DNA of 64,000 bases from Pecten maximus (lineage: Eukaryota): the NCBI RefSeq assembly GCF_902652985.1, contig NC_047017.1, positions 26,598,001-26,662,000 on the forward strand, given 5' to 3'. The position numbers and the translations under genes are program-made. Positions 40,231 through 53,900 of this stretch are shown in pieces. Each line of letters opens with the position of its first letter. The stretch's first letter is position 1. The notes below the pieces were generated by a model. The model did not search any database and was not told where the DNA came from. It worked only from the letters and a program-made list of their open reading frames with translations.

Positions 40231-41034
40231 ATTGTTTCGTTTTGATTACTGGTTAAGTTTCATTATGAAGTTTTCATTACCGCGATACTTTTCATCATTT
40301 CCTGTTTTCAATATCGCGATAATTTCAGAACGTGGTATTAATTTGATTTGAGCTAGATAGCTTCCTGTCCTGTGTCATTGGTGAAGTGGAGACGCCTACC
40401 CTTCCGGAACAACCGGTCTTAATCTCATAGTGTCCGTGTAGGTCTTTCATTTCATCATAGTTTGGCCCACTTTTAATCAGAAACGTACGTGTCATGTGAT
40501 GAATACGTCTCTGTTGTAATCAGCGATTTTGGATTGAAATTACACGTCGGTGTGTTTGCCGGTGTCCTCGCAATAGGCGTCCGAGCACACTGGTGACTGG
40601 GCCACATAAGGCACAGAAATGGCATCAAACAGAAGTCATAGACCCGGTTAGTAGCAAAACGCTCCATCCGGTCACATACTGACAAAGATAAACCTCCGTA
40701 GTCATAGTCACGGAGTATAGGGCACAGAAGACCGCGTTTGTGTTCTCTTCTCATTCCCTGATTTAAGGTTTCCACACAATTTGTTGGCTTATGTGAATAT
40801 CGATTCATCTGTTAAACCAAACTTTTACCATTCGGAGATGCAGGGTGTTAGTCCACTTCCTGCTTCTGAGAGAAAAGACCGTATATTATACAAAATCAGC
40901 TGTCTGGTAGCAGCTGTTTTATTATCATGCATAAAACTTGTGCGATTCTTCAATTATATTAGAAATTCTATTTAAAAAATATTTTTTTCGCGTGAACAAT
41001 ACAAATTTAGGTCACTACATACATACGCTATACA

Positions 41035-41978
41035 TCACGATGAAGGTTTGAATAAGACCTTTTCACACATAAAGAACCCGGTGGTAGCACAATTAATCGG
41101 AACTAGTCCGTCACGAGTCAGTGAAACACAGTCTCCAGGGCGTGTTCCGAACGCTCCTGGATCCCATACATTGTTCGGAATGATATTTCCGTCTAAAAAT
41201 GTCCAACTACCTGCCTCATCTCTTCTTCCGGATACAATAAATGAACTTTCTTGTTCTACAACACAAAATTGCTTTATATTAATTCATATATGAATGTAAG
41301 AGTTATGTCATAGTTTGGTATCGGATGGCAGTGCTTTCTGGAAAGATGTTGACAGACTGGAAATACAACGCCTGTTATCAAATTGAGGTGTAAAGATAGA
41401 CTTCCGGTATTGTCAAAACATGAAAAAAACTGACTTCCTGTACCGGTCAACGCGTGGCAAACATTGATTTCTGATTCCGAAAAGTTTTCAAATAACACAG
41501 ATTTAGGAATTCGAAAAAGAACATAATGGAAGTTCATCATGAATATGCTAGGAAGTACTGGAGATATTTACCAGGAAAGGATTGACTTCCAGATCTGCTC
41601 TCATAGAGCTCACCATTTCATTGCAGATTAAGATCAGACTAGTAGGTCATGATCATCTTAAAGACAATGCGAGATAAGTTACATATTACTTCCTCAATTT
41701 TCTAACAGTTTGACAATTAACTACAAATGAAAATACATCATATCTTACCACCACATATAGAAACTAACCTAACCAGGAATCCTGTCGCGTCTTGAGCCAC
41801 ATTTCTTGTAGTTTTTGCGGGGTGTCTAGGACCATTAAACCTCCCACCACTTTTTCATCTCCGCTGCTGTGTTGCGAACATTCTCTCTGACAGTCAGCCG
41901 GAGTCTGATGAACACCATATATCCCATAACATACACCCGTAATGTCATACAGGAAACCGGCACTCTCGCACCATTTAA
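41035..41978 (-). CDS. Two terminal exons (41978-41769, 41255-41035) encoding a C-type lectin-like domain
   Basis: KWCESAGFLYDITGVCYGIY...CQREC...GGLMVLDT joins to FIVSGRRDEAGSWTFLDG..VWDPG....GDCVSL....LVPINCATTGFFMCEK. The Cys/Trp spacing is that of a long-form CTLD. Confidence 0.8.
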
Positions 41979-44900
41979 CTGCAATATATATATGTCTTGG
42001 AATATTTGGCGATGCATTCATCGAGCTAATGTACCAATCTAATTAAAAGCATATATCTCATTAAACATTCTAGTGTAATCAGAGATAATACATGTGTATG
42101 AAAGTTGAATTTTATTCAGATTGGATTAATTGATGGAATCTAAAATATGATAAGCTTGAATTGTTTAAACTAAAATACACTATCTACCCATATAGTATAA
42201 ACTATATAGCTTCAAACTAGAACGAATTGTCCACGTTAGAATATGTTATTGAAGTAAATTGTTCATTCTGTCAGGCTTACGGAGGGAATGTTAAACCACT
42301 TACATTCAAAATAGAACATAGAATTTCCAGGAGAACCTTGATCTTTAACCTCGTTTGAAATCGCGGATTTGTGGCCTTGACATATCTGATACTTTGGGTC
42401 AAATGCAAAAGACAAGCACGTGCGGTCATTCCGACAATGGATGCCACATAGCCCCACGTTCTGCACCGGTACTCTCCACAAAATGTCTGCCGTCATATTG
42501 ATGTTTGTGTATCGAGCATGGAAGCTAAGCTGGACCTTTGGCTTCTGTTGTGCACCCGAGTCTGCGTTAAGACAACAAACATGTTTCAGATAAAACAGAT
42601 CGAGGTTGTCAATTAAAACTTATTATATGTAAACGGAAATTTACAAAGACGCGCGGAAAAATTGCATTGCCTAGATCAATGGAGAGGAAAAGTGGATACA
42701 AAACAACAACGAAAATGACATAACAACGAAGCCATAATTCGATCTCAAAATCGATTTACCTTAAAAAATATTTCGGAAAAAAGGATAAGGAGAATACGAC
42801 CAGGTGTTCCGGAAGAATAAGGGTCTCCTACTTTATAGACGACGCCCGCCATACAATGCTAGGTAAAATCCGGGTTAAGTCCCACTATCAAACGAGAGTT
42901 AGTATGGTGACATCGAAACCACTAGGTATATCAACAACCATAAGACACAAAACATGCGTTTGTGTTATATAATTTCTAATAATATGATTATATAAAGGTC
43001 GCTTCCTGACACCAAAATACGAGCAGTTTACGGTGCGTTCCTTTACTGAAAAATGATATGACGTTAATACAGTTGGTGCTCAAGATTGTGATGAAGACAA
43101 TCATATTACCTGGTAGGGTACACTCGTACGTAAGCATGAGGTAAGCGTGTTTACCAACGCAAGCATTTCCATATATCTGTCGAACTGTTGATAATATGCA
43201 TGTATTCTTATTCTGACAAGTCTTTTCCGTGACTGAATACGTCACGCTGACGTCGGAATAACACATCATTGACGGTGATGCTGTATGGCATGTCATTGTG
43301 TCATTTCTGCCATACCACGCCTCCACGATATTTATCACAAACGGCAGGGTACAGATGATTTTCTTTGTGTCGTTCTCACAGACTAATACCGATCCACCTG
43401 AAAAGGATATAAGATGGTCAAAAAGAAATAAAACCTTACTATACAGGTCTCCGTTAGTCCGGACACTTCGATAGCCTAGATAACAATTACACTGTTAAAT
43501 TCAGAAGTAGTCGCACATGAAGGCATGCACCATGATATAGATACCACTGCCATATACAATAAATCACTACGTTCTAATTAACAATGATCACAATGATACA
43601 AGTATCTGATGATATACATATATACTTGATTATAAACGGTTCTGATCCTTTGCACGTTTTTTCAAGATAATGAACCAACCTGCTGGGTAAGCTTGCCGTG
43701 ATGAAATCGTGGTGGCCACAAGTGGATGGGAAGATATGTGCGGTGGTGCAGGTAGGCTCGTAGTAGCTAATGGTAATATCGTTTTTGTGTCACTATTTTT
43801 TGTAGTTGTAGGTGAAAAACTCTCACTAAATGTGTGTGAATTATCAGGTGTAGTCTTGTGGACATTGTCATCAGTTGTTGTCGTGGATAAATTGTCATCA
43901 GTTGTAGTCGTGGATAAGTTGTCATCACTTGTAGTCGTGGATAAATTGTTATCAGTGGTAGTTCCGGAGACATTGTCATCAGTTGTAGTCGTCGAGACAT
44001 TGTTATCAGTGGTAGTCGTGAAGACATTGTCATCAGTGGTAGTCGTGAAGACATTGTCATCAGTTGTAGTCGTTGAGACATTGTCATCAGTTGTAGTCGT
44101 GGAGACATTGTCATCAGTGGTAGTCGTGGAGACATTGTTATCAGTTGTAGTCGTGGAGACATTGTCATCAGTTGTAGTCGTGGAGACATTGTCATCAGTT
44201 GTAGTCGTGGAGACATTGTCATCAGTGGTAGTCGTGGAGACATTGTTATCAGTTGTAGTCGTGGAGAATTTGACATAAGTTGTAGTCGTGGATATATTGT
44301 TATCCGTGGTTGTCGTGGTAGTTCTGGATACATTGTTATCAGTTGTAGTCATGGAGACATTGTTATCAGTGTTAGTCGTAGAGACATTGTCATCAGTGGT
44401 AGTCGTGAAGACACTGCCATCAGTTGTAGTCGTGGAGACATTGTCATCACTTGTAGTCGTGGATAAATTGTTATCAGTGGTAGTCGTGAAGACATTGTCA
44501 TCAGTGGTAGTCGTGAAGACATTGTCATCAGTTGTAGTCGTTGAGACATTGTCATCAGTTGTAGTCGTGGAGACATTGTCATCAGTGGTAGTCGTGGAGA
44601 CATTGTTATCAGTTGTAGTCGTGGAGACATTGTCATCAGTTGTAGTCGTGGAGACATTGTCATCAGTTGTAGTCGTGGAGAATTTGACATAAGTTGTAGT
44701 CGTGGATACATTGTTATCCGTGGTTGTCGTGGTAGTTCTGGATACATTGTTATCAGTTGTAGTCATGGAGACATTGTTATCAGTGTTAGTCGTAGAGACA
44801 TTGTCATCAGTGGTAGTCGTGAAGACACTGCCATTAGTTGTAGTCGTGGAGACATTGTCATCAGTTGTAGTCGTCGAGACATTGTTATTAATGTTAGTCG

Positions 44901-47900
44901 TAGAGACATTGTCATCAGTGGTAGTCGTGAAGACATTGTCATCAGTTGTAGTCGTGGAGACATTGTCATCAGTTGTAGTCATGGAGACAGTGTTATCAGT
45001 GGTATTTCTGGAGACATTGTCATCAGTTGTAGTCGTCGAGACATTGTCATCAGTGGTAGTCGTGAAGACATTGTCATCAGTTGTAGTCGTGAAAACATTG
45101 TCATCAGTTGTAGTCGTGAAAACATTGTCATCACTTGTAGGCGTTGATACACTGTCATCAGTTGTAGTCGTGGAGACATTGTCATCAGTTGTAGACGTGG
45201 AGACAGTGTTATCCGTTGTAGTCGTGGAGACATTGTCATCAGTGGCAGTCGTGGAGGTATTGTCATCAGTGGTAGTCGTCGAGATATTGTTATCAATGGT
45301 AGTTCTAGATACATTGTCATCAGTTGTAGTCGTGGAGAAATTGTGATCAGTTGTATTCGTGGAGAGATTGTCATCAGTTGTAGTCGTGGATACATTGTTA
45401 TTAGTGGCAGTCGTGGAGGCATTGTCATCAGTTGTAGGCGTGGAGACATTGTCATCAGTTGTAGTCGTGGAGACATTGTCATTAGTTGTAGTCGTGGCGA
45501 CATTGTCATCAGTTGTAGTCGTGGAGGCATTGTCATCAGTGGTAGTCGTGGAGATACTGTCATCAGTGGTAGTCCTGGAGACATTGTCATCAGTGGTAGT
45601 CGTCGAGATACTGTTATCAGTGGTAGTTCTGGATAAATTGTCATCAGTTGTAGTCGTCGACACATTGTTATCAGTGTTAGTCGTGGATACATTGTCATCA
45701 GTGGTAGTCGTGGAGACCTTGTTATCCGTGGTAGTCGTTGAGACATTGTCATCAGTGGGAGTCGTGGATACCCTTTTTAGGGGGTGGGTTTTGGGGCAGA
45801 AGGGGGGGGTGGAGAAAGACGGGAGTGGTGGAATTTTTAAGGAAAACGTGGATAAATTGAAGGGAGCGTGGGGAAAACCAAAGGGACGGAAAATTTTCAC
45901 AGGGTAGCTGGAAAGAAGGGGTGTTCTGGGCATTCATAGTTTTTTGTGAGAAAAATTGTCATCATGAGTTGAGAGACATTGTCATCAGTGGTAGTCGTGG
46001 AGACATTGTCATCAGTTGTAGTCGTGGAGACATTGTCATCAGTGGTAGTCGTGGAGACATTGTTATCCGTGGTAGTCGTGGATACATTGTTATCAGTGGC
46101 AGTCGTGGAGGCATTGTCATCAGTGGTAGTCGTGGAGATATTGTTAACAGTTGTAGTCGTGGAGACATTGTCTTTAGTTGTAGTCGTTGGCGAAATTGTC
46201 TCGTGGTAGTCGTGGAGACATTGCATCAGTTGTAGTGTGGGAGGACTTGTCTTCGGTTGTGTCGTGGAGACATTGTCATCATTGGTGTCGTGGAGAACAT
46301 TGTCTAAGTGGTGTCTGGAGGCATTGTCATCAGTTGTAGTCGTGGAGACATGTCATCGTTGTAGTCGTGGAGACATTGTGATCAGTGGAAATTTTTTATC
46401 AGGGGTATTTGTGATCTTGTTTTACGTGGAAAGCTATGGGGGGACTTTTTATATTTTGTAGGGGAGACTTTGTCATATTTGTATGGGGTTGGTTTTTCGT
46501 GGAGAATTGTATATTGTACGGGAAACTGTATTTTTGTTGTGGAAATTGTATCATTTTAGTCGGGGAATTTGTATCGTTTTATCGGGGGACTGCCCCCTTT
46601 GGTGGAAATTTGTACAGTGTATCGTGGGAATTTCTCAGGGTATCGGGGGCATGATAGTTTTTGTTGGGACTTTGTATCAGTGTGTCTGGGACTTGTAGGT
46701 TTGGAGTCGGGGGAATTGTACATTTGATCGGGACTTTCATCATTGAGTTGGGAAAAATTGCATTTTGAGTCTGAAATTGTCATTTGTATCGTGGGGAAAC
46801 AGTATCGGTTAGTCGTGGACATTGCATCATGTATCTGGACTTGTCATCAGTTTTTAGTCTGAAAAAATGTCATCATGAGTTGGGGACCTTTCTTTTCCTT
46901 TTTGTTTTGTGTTTTGGGAGGGAAAGAATTGTCTCTTTTAGTGTGAAATTGTTTCAGGGGTAGCGGGAAAAATTGGGTCTTCGTTTTGTCGTGGGACATG
47001 TCAAGTTTAGTTTTTGGGAATTGTCATCATTTTGTCGGGAACTTGTTGGGGGGGAGTCGTGGAACTTTTCTGGGGGAGTCGGGGTTTGGGGGGGGCTTTT
47101 GAAACATTGGGGTCGTAAAACATTGTAAGTTTAGTTTTTGGGAAGACTTGTATCATGGTATTAAATTTTGAATCAGGTTTCGGGGAAATTTTTCGTTAGT
47201 TGGGGGATTGATCTTTGTAGTGGGGAAAAAAGAAATTGACGTGGAAATCTTGGGGGGGACATTTACGGGGAAAGGGGGAATTGTCATCGTTATCGGGGAG
47301 ACATTGCATCGTTGAAAAGTAAAACATTGTTACAGTTTGGGAAAAATTTTCACAGTGGTTTTTAGCATGTATCAGTTTTTTCGGGGGGAGCTTTGGTATC
47401 TTTAAGTTGGAAAATTGTTAAATTGTATCGGGGAAATTTTATAGTTTAAAGCCGTGGAGTTTTTTATCAGTTTTGGAGACTTGTAAGTTTAGCCCGGGAA
47501 ATTGTATCAGTTGGTTTTAAAGTCCTTTTGGGAGCGTGGTTTTGATCAGGGTAGTCGTGGGAATTGATCAGTTTAGTCGTAAAGAATTGTCATAGTGTAT
47601 GTGGGGCATTTTTACGTAGTCGTAAAAATTGTCTATGTATTTTCGGGAACTTGTACATGGTTGTGAAAATTGATCATGTAGTCTTAAAATTTTTACGTTG
47701 TATGTGGGACATTGTACTGAGTTTAACTTGCATATGGTATCGTGGAAAATTGTCACAGTTTTAGTGTGGGACATTGTATCGGTGTGTGTGATTTGTCATC
47801 AAGTAAAATTTTTTTAAAGTGTCGGGGAAACATTGTCATAGGGAGTCGGGGAAAAAATTGATCAGTTGTAGTCGTGGGGGGGCATTGTATCAGTTCGTGG

Positions 47901-50900
47901 GGGAACATGTACATTTGATGGGGTTTTTAACATTGCATGGTTTAGTTTTTGGAAATTTGTATCAGTGGTATCGGGAAATTTTTCATCTTTTGGTTTTTGG
48001 GAAAAATTGTATCATGTATCGTGAGCATTGTCTCAGGGGTAGTGTGAACTTGTATAGTGAATGGAAGTGGAGATTTGTCATCAGTTTTAGTGTGAATTGT
48101 ATCATTGAGTCGGAATTGTCACTTTGGGGGTTTTTTCTTGTCTAGTGGACGGGGAAACCTTGTCTCGGGTTTATCGTGGGACTTGTATCAGTGTGTCGTG
48201 GAGCCTTGTATCAGTTTTTAGTCGTGGACATTGTTTCGTGTATCGTGGGTTTTCTAGGGGGTCTACATTTTTTTTAGTCGTTGAGCCTTGTCACATTGTA
48301 GTGGTGGTACATTGTCTTTAGGGGTCGTGGAAAATTGTATCGTTTTACGGGGACAGATCAGTGTAGCTGGAAACTTGTATTTTTATCGTAAGAAAGAAAA
48401 TGTTTAAAGTTTGGGTCGGGGAAATTGTTCTTTAGCCCGGGGGACATTGTATCAGTTGTAGTAGTCGGGCCTTTGTACGTGGTATGTGAAAATTGATCAG
48501 TTTGCGTGGAGAATTTCATCGTTGTATGGGTCTTGTATCTTGAAAATCGGGAAAATTGTTTCTTTTTCGGGTACTTTGTCCGTGGTATCGTGGAAACATT
48601 GTTAGGGAGTGTGAAAATTTGTCTTGGTGTCAAAAATTGTATCGTTTTTGTGGCATTGCCCCTTATGGGGGGCTTGCCTCAGTGGAATCGTGGAAATGTA
48701 CAGTGTATTGGGAAAACATGTAATCATTTATTTGGGGAGAATTGTTAGGGTGTGTGAATTTTGTATCAGTGGTAGTCGTGGTTGTAATATTTGGTTGGAA
48801 CTTTGTCTCTTGTATCGTGGGCTTTGTTATTTTTAGTCTAAAAATTTTATAAATTTTATCGGGAACATTGTATAGGTTTTGTATAGACATTTCTCTGGTG
48901 TGGGGGGGAATTGATCTTGAGTCGGGGAAGAATTGGTTTAGTTTGAAGGGCGGGGAAATTTGTAATTTTATCGTGGAATGTATCTTTGAGCCCCGGGGGC
49001 TTTTGCTTAGTTTGTGTGGGGACATTTTCATTTTTGGTTTTTTTTTTGAAAGTCGTGAAAATTGATCAGTTATTCGGGGGGGGAAGATTTAAACAGTTGA
49101 TCGGGGGGAAATTGTATCGTTGTATCGGGGGAAACATTTTATCTTTTGTGCGTGGACATGTCTTTTGGGTGTGGTTTTTTTGGTGGTAAAATTGTCATAT
49201 TGGTTTGGGGAACATTGTCAAATTTGTTTAGTTCTGGAACTTTCAATGTATGTGGGACTTTGTATCGTGGATGTTGAACTTTCATCTTTTTAGTGTGGAA
49301 ATTTGTATCTGTTATTTGAGAACTGTCATCAGGGTAGCGTGGAAAATTACGTTTAGTCGTAAATTTTGTTCAGTTGTATGGGGGAAAATTGTCAATTTTA
49401 GTTGAACTTTATCGGGGTTAGCGTGGAATAAAATTTTCATAGTTAGTCGTGGAACATTTCATCGGGGTAGTGGGGTTGTTGGGTTAAAACATTGTACTGG
49501 TTCTGGGGAAATTTGTACAGTGGGGACCCTGGGCCATTGTATCAGTTTTGGGGGGAATTGTTTCAGGGTGTTGAGATTTATCGGGGTTTAGTGGGGAAAA
49601 TTTAAAGGTTGTAGGGTAGCTGTCACATTGTTCGTGGAGCAGTATGGGGGGAGCGTGGAATTGTCCAGTGTGAAAATTTTTTTTTACCCCGGGGACTTGT
49701 TTCATGGTACGGGGGAACCCTTGTCATCAGTGTGTTGGGACTTTGTCATCATTGTAGTCGTGAGACTGTATGTGTGTGTGGAGCCTTTGTCTTTAGGGGG
49801 AGTGTGGGAACTTGCATTTTGGTAGTTGAAGCTTTGTTTTTATCTGGAACTTTTTAATCGTGGAGTCGGGAATTGTTCAGTTAGTGAAAAATTTTGTATA
49901 GGGGAGGTGGAAAATTGTCATGTTTTAGTCGTGGGACATTGTTTCATTTTGGTAGTCGTGGGACAGTCATCTTTGTAGTCGTAAAAATTATCTTGTATCG
50001 GGGAATTGTATCATTTTGTAGGTGGAAATTGTTATCTTTGAGCGGGGGAATTTTATAATGAGTCGGGAGACTTGTATCTTTGTGTCGTGAGATTGTACAG
50101 TTAGTCGTGGAGAATTGTTCAGGGGGGATCGTGGAGACTTTGTATCTTTGTAGGGGAACATTGATCATTTATGTGGAGACTTGTCTAGGGGGTTTTTTGG
50201 GAATTTCATCATGAGTTTTTGGAATGTATCATTTTATTTGGGAACATTTTCGGGGGATCGGGACATTTGCATATTTGGGGTTGGGAATTGATCAGTGTAG
50301 GGAGGAGGTATGTTTAAAACATTTTTCCCCAGTCGTGGAAATGTATCAGTGGTTTTAATTTCTCTTTTAACTTGTAATCAGTGGTAGTCGGGGAAATTGT
50401 ACGTTGTGTTGGAACTGGGTATAGGTATGTGGAGAATTGTCATCATTTTTAATCTTTGGGAATTTACCCGTGGAAAATCGTGGGAATGACGTGGTCTGAA
50501 GAATTTCATCATTTGTATGTGGGAAATTGCATGGTAATCGGGGGGAACATTGTATCGTGTTCGTGGGGACTTTTCATCAGTGGTAGTCGGGAATTGTCAT
50601 CATTAAGCGGGGAAATTGTCATCAGTTTAGCGTGGCTTGTATCGTTTATGGAGTTGTTCGTTTTCTGGGCATTGTCATAGTGGGGTCGTGGGAGAAGGTA
50701 TATCGTTTTTAAAAGTCGTGGGCTTGTTCAGGGGAGGGGAGACATTTTAAAAATTTTGTCTAGCATTTTTTCATTTTTATTTTTAACTTTTCCCAGGGTA
50801 GTCGGGGGACAGCCCTTTGTCTCGGGGTTTTTTCTTGGTACGGGGGCCCTTTCATCGTGGTGCCCCGGGAAATTTGATCTTGGGGCAAAACATGTTCGGG

Positions 50901-53900
50901 GGGGGGAACAGTCTCAGTTATGTTTCCCTTGTCTCGGGGAGTGGGCATTTTCTTTAACAACACATTGTAGTGGGCCCGACGATTAAAAACTTTGTACCCC
51001 GGGTTGTGGGGAACAGCCCCATAAAAAGTTTGTGAAGGGCTTTGCCCCGGGTTCGTAAAACGTGCTCGTTGGTGTGGAGACTTTGTATCAGTTTTTCTGG
51101 ACTTACAGTGTAGTGTGGGACATTGTTCGTTGAGTGTAAAGACGGGTCATTTTGTTCGGGGGTTTGTCATCATGTAGTCGGGGAACTTTTCATCATTTAC
51201 CCTGGAAATTTGTACTTTGTGTGGGTCATGTCATCATTGTTCGTGGTACCTTGTCTCTGGTATTGGGGAAATTTCATCAGTTTAGTCGGGGGAAATTTGT
51301 ACTTTAAAGGTGGAGGTTGTCATCAGTGGTGTGTGGAACTTTTTATCATTTTTTGGTTTAAAACTTGTACATGTAAAGCATTATCGGTCGTAGACTTTGT
51401 CTTGTTGGTCGTTGGAAAAATTTTTCATAGTGGTAGTGTGGAAACATGATCTTTTGGTACCGGGAAATTTTTTGTATCAGGGGGATTTGGGGGAACATTG
51501 TCATCATGGTATTGGGAATTGTCATCATTTTGGGTCGGAAAATGGCCCTCTTTTGTCGTAAAAGGGACATTGTATCATTGTATTGTGAAATTTTGTACCG
51601 GGGTAAGTCGTGGCAATTGTCTATTTTGTGTGGAGACTTGTATCAGTTTGGTCTGGAATTTCACAGTGTAGGGGGGGGCTTTTTATCTTTTATCGGGAAC
51701 TGTCATCGTTAGTCGTGGGGAATTGCACAGTTGTAGTCGGGAAATTGTCATCAGTTGTTCGGGGAAAATTTGTTACGTTTGTATCGGGTTTAAATTGTAT
51801 ATTTGGTAGTTGTGGAAATTTGTATCAGTTTTATTTGGGTGGATTGAAATCATTTAGTCGGGGGAAATTTATCATTTGGATGTGAACTTTTTATCATTGT
51901 GCGGGAATTGATTTTTCTGGGGACCCCCTTTTTTCCATTGTGGGGTCGTGGCATTGTCATCATTTGGTCGGGGACATTTTTCTTGTATGGGGGGGAAAAT
52001 TGTACTTTGTTTTTGAGAAAATTGCTCAGTTTTAGTCGTGGACTTTTGTATCATTTGAAATCGGGGGGTTTGGTTAGGGGATGTGGGGGACATTGTATCA
52101 GTTGTGGGGAAATTAATTTTTGTTAATTTTTCATGGGAGTTGGGACATTTTTCAGTGTATCGGGGAAATTGTCTCAGTTTAGTCGTGGAAAAGTTGTTAT
52201 TTGTAGTGTGAAAATTGGTCATTTGAGTGTGGGCTTGTCTCAGGAAACGTGGGACTTGTATCAGTGGTAGTCTGGCTTGTCATTTTTTTTATTGTAAAGC
52301 ATTTTTAAATTGTAGGGTGAAAAATTTGTCATCATTTTATTTGTAAGAAATTTTATCAGTGTAGTCGTGGAATTGTATTTAGTCGTGGGACATTGTATAT
52401 TTGGATCTGGGACTTGCTCAGGGGTATCGTGGAAATTGTACAGTTTTATGTGGAGACTTGTATCTTGTAGTCGGGAAAGGGGGGGAAAAAAAACATTTTT
52501 GGGGCCATCGTGTGTTTTGGACATTGTCATATTAAAACTGGAACTTTTTTCCCGGGGTATCTTTGGGCATTGTCAATTTTAGGGGGAAACATTGTTCAGG
52601 TAGTCGTGGGACATTTACGTTGTAGTCGTAAAGACTTGTCATATTTTAAACGTGGAAAATTGTACGTGAAATCTGGAACTTGTTTTTGGGAGTCGGGGGA
52701 CAGTATCAGTGGTTTGGGACCTTGCCATTTTGGGGGGAACTTTCTCTTTTGGGGTTGGGGAACTTTTCCATTTAATCGTGGGACATTTTTATCGTTTAGC
52801 GGGGAAAGACGGGTGTTAAAAATTTTTGGTAGTGGGGACATTGTCACCCATGGTAGTTGGATCTTTGTACGTGTAGTGTGGAAACTTTCATCAGTTTAGG
52901 GGGAAAAATTTTATATTTTGGTAGCGTAGATTTTCACATGGTAGTTGACTTTGTATCAGTGGTTCGGGGGAAAAATTTCATTTTTTTACGTGGCAATTGA
53001 ATATTTTGTAGTCGTGGAATTGTCATCTGTGTGTGGATTTTGTTTTTTATCGGGTATCTTTTTGGTGGAGAATTGTTTTTCTTTTTTTTGGTTGTAAAGC
53101 TGGGGGAAAATTGTTTATTTTATCGGGGGGTTTGTCTTGGAGATATTTTATCGTGGTTTGGGACATTGTCTGGTTTTTTTGGGGGCAGTCACAGTTGTAG
53201 TGGGAGCCCTTATGTGGGAGTCGTGGGAATTGTCATCAGTGGTAATCGCGGAGCCTTTTTCACAGTGGGTTCGGGAGACATTGTATCAGGGATTTGTGGA
53301 ATTGTCATCGTTTAGTCGAAGGACAGGTATGTGTAGTCGTGGGAATTTATCTTTGTAGGGGTACTTGCTCATTTGGAGTCGGGGGGACTTGCTATTGTAG
53401 TCGAGAAAATTGTCACATGTATTTTTTGGGGGAATTTACATTTTGCGGAGAATTGAAATCAGTGGTGTGTGGGGGACCAATGTCTTGTTTTAAGTGTAGG
53501 GGAACATTGTCATCAGTTAGTCTGGAGCTGCATCGTTTGTCGTGAAACTTGTTATATTTTCGTGGAACATTGTCATCAGGGGAAACGGGGACTTTTTTAT
53601 CTTTGTGTCGGGGGTTAAAACATTGTCTAATGTAGTCGTAAGACTTGTTTTCTTTTGGTAGTGTAAGAATTTTCATAGTTAGTCGGGAAATTGTCATATT
53701 TTGTGGACTTTTTATCTTGGTTTTGGTGGTTTTGGGCCTCAGTGGGTCGTGGATCTTTTGTCTCAGTTGGGTGGGTTTCTCATTTGCGTGAAGACATTGT
53801 CTCATTTTTGTCGGAAACGTTTTCAGTTTTTCGTGGAACATTGTCATAGGGGGAGTCTTTTGGGAGACTTTAAAAATCGTTTTAGTGTGGGCTTTTCCAG

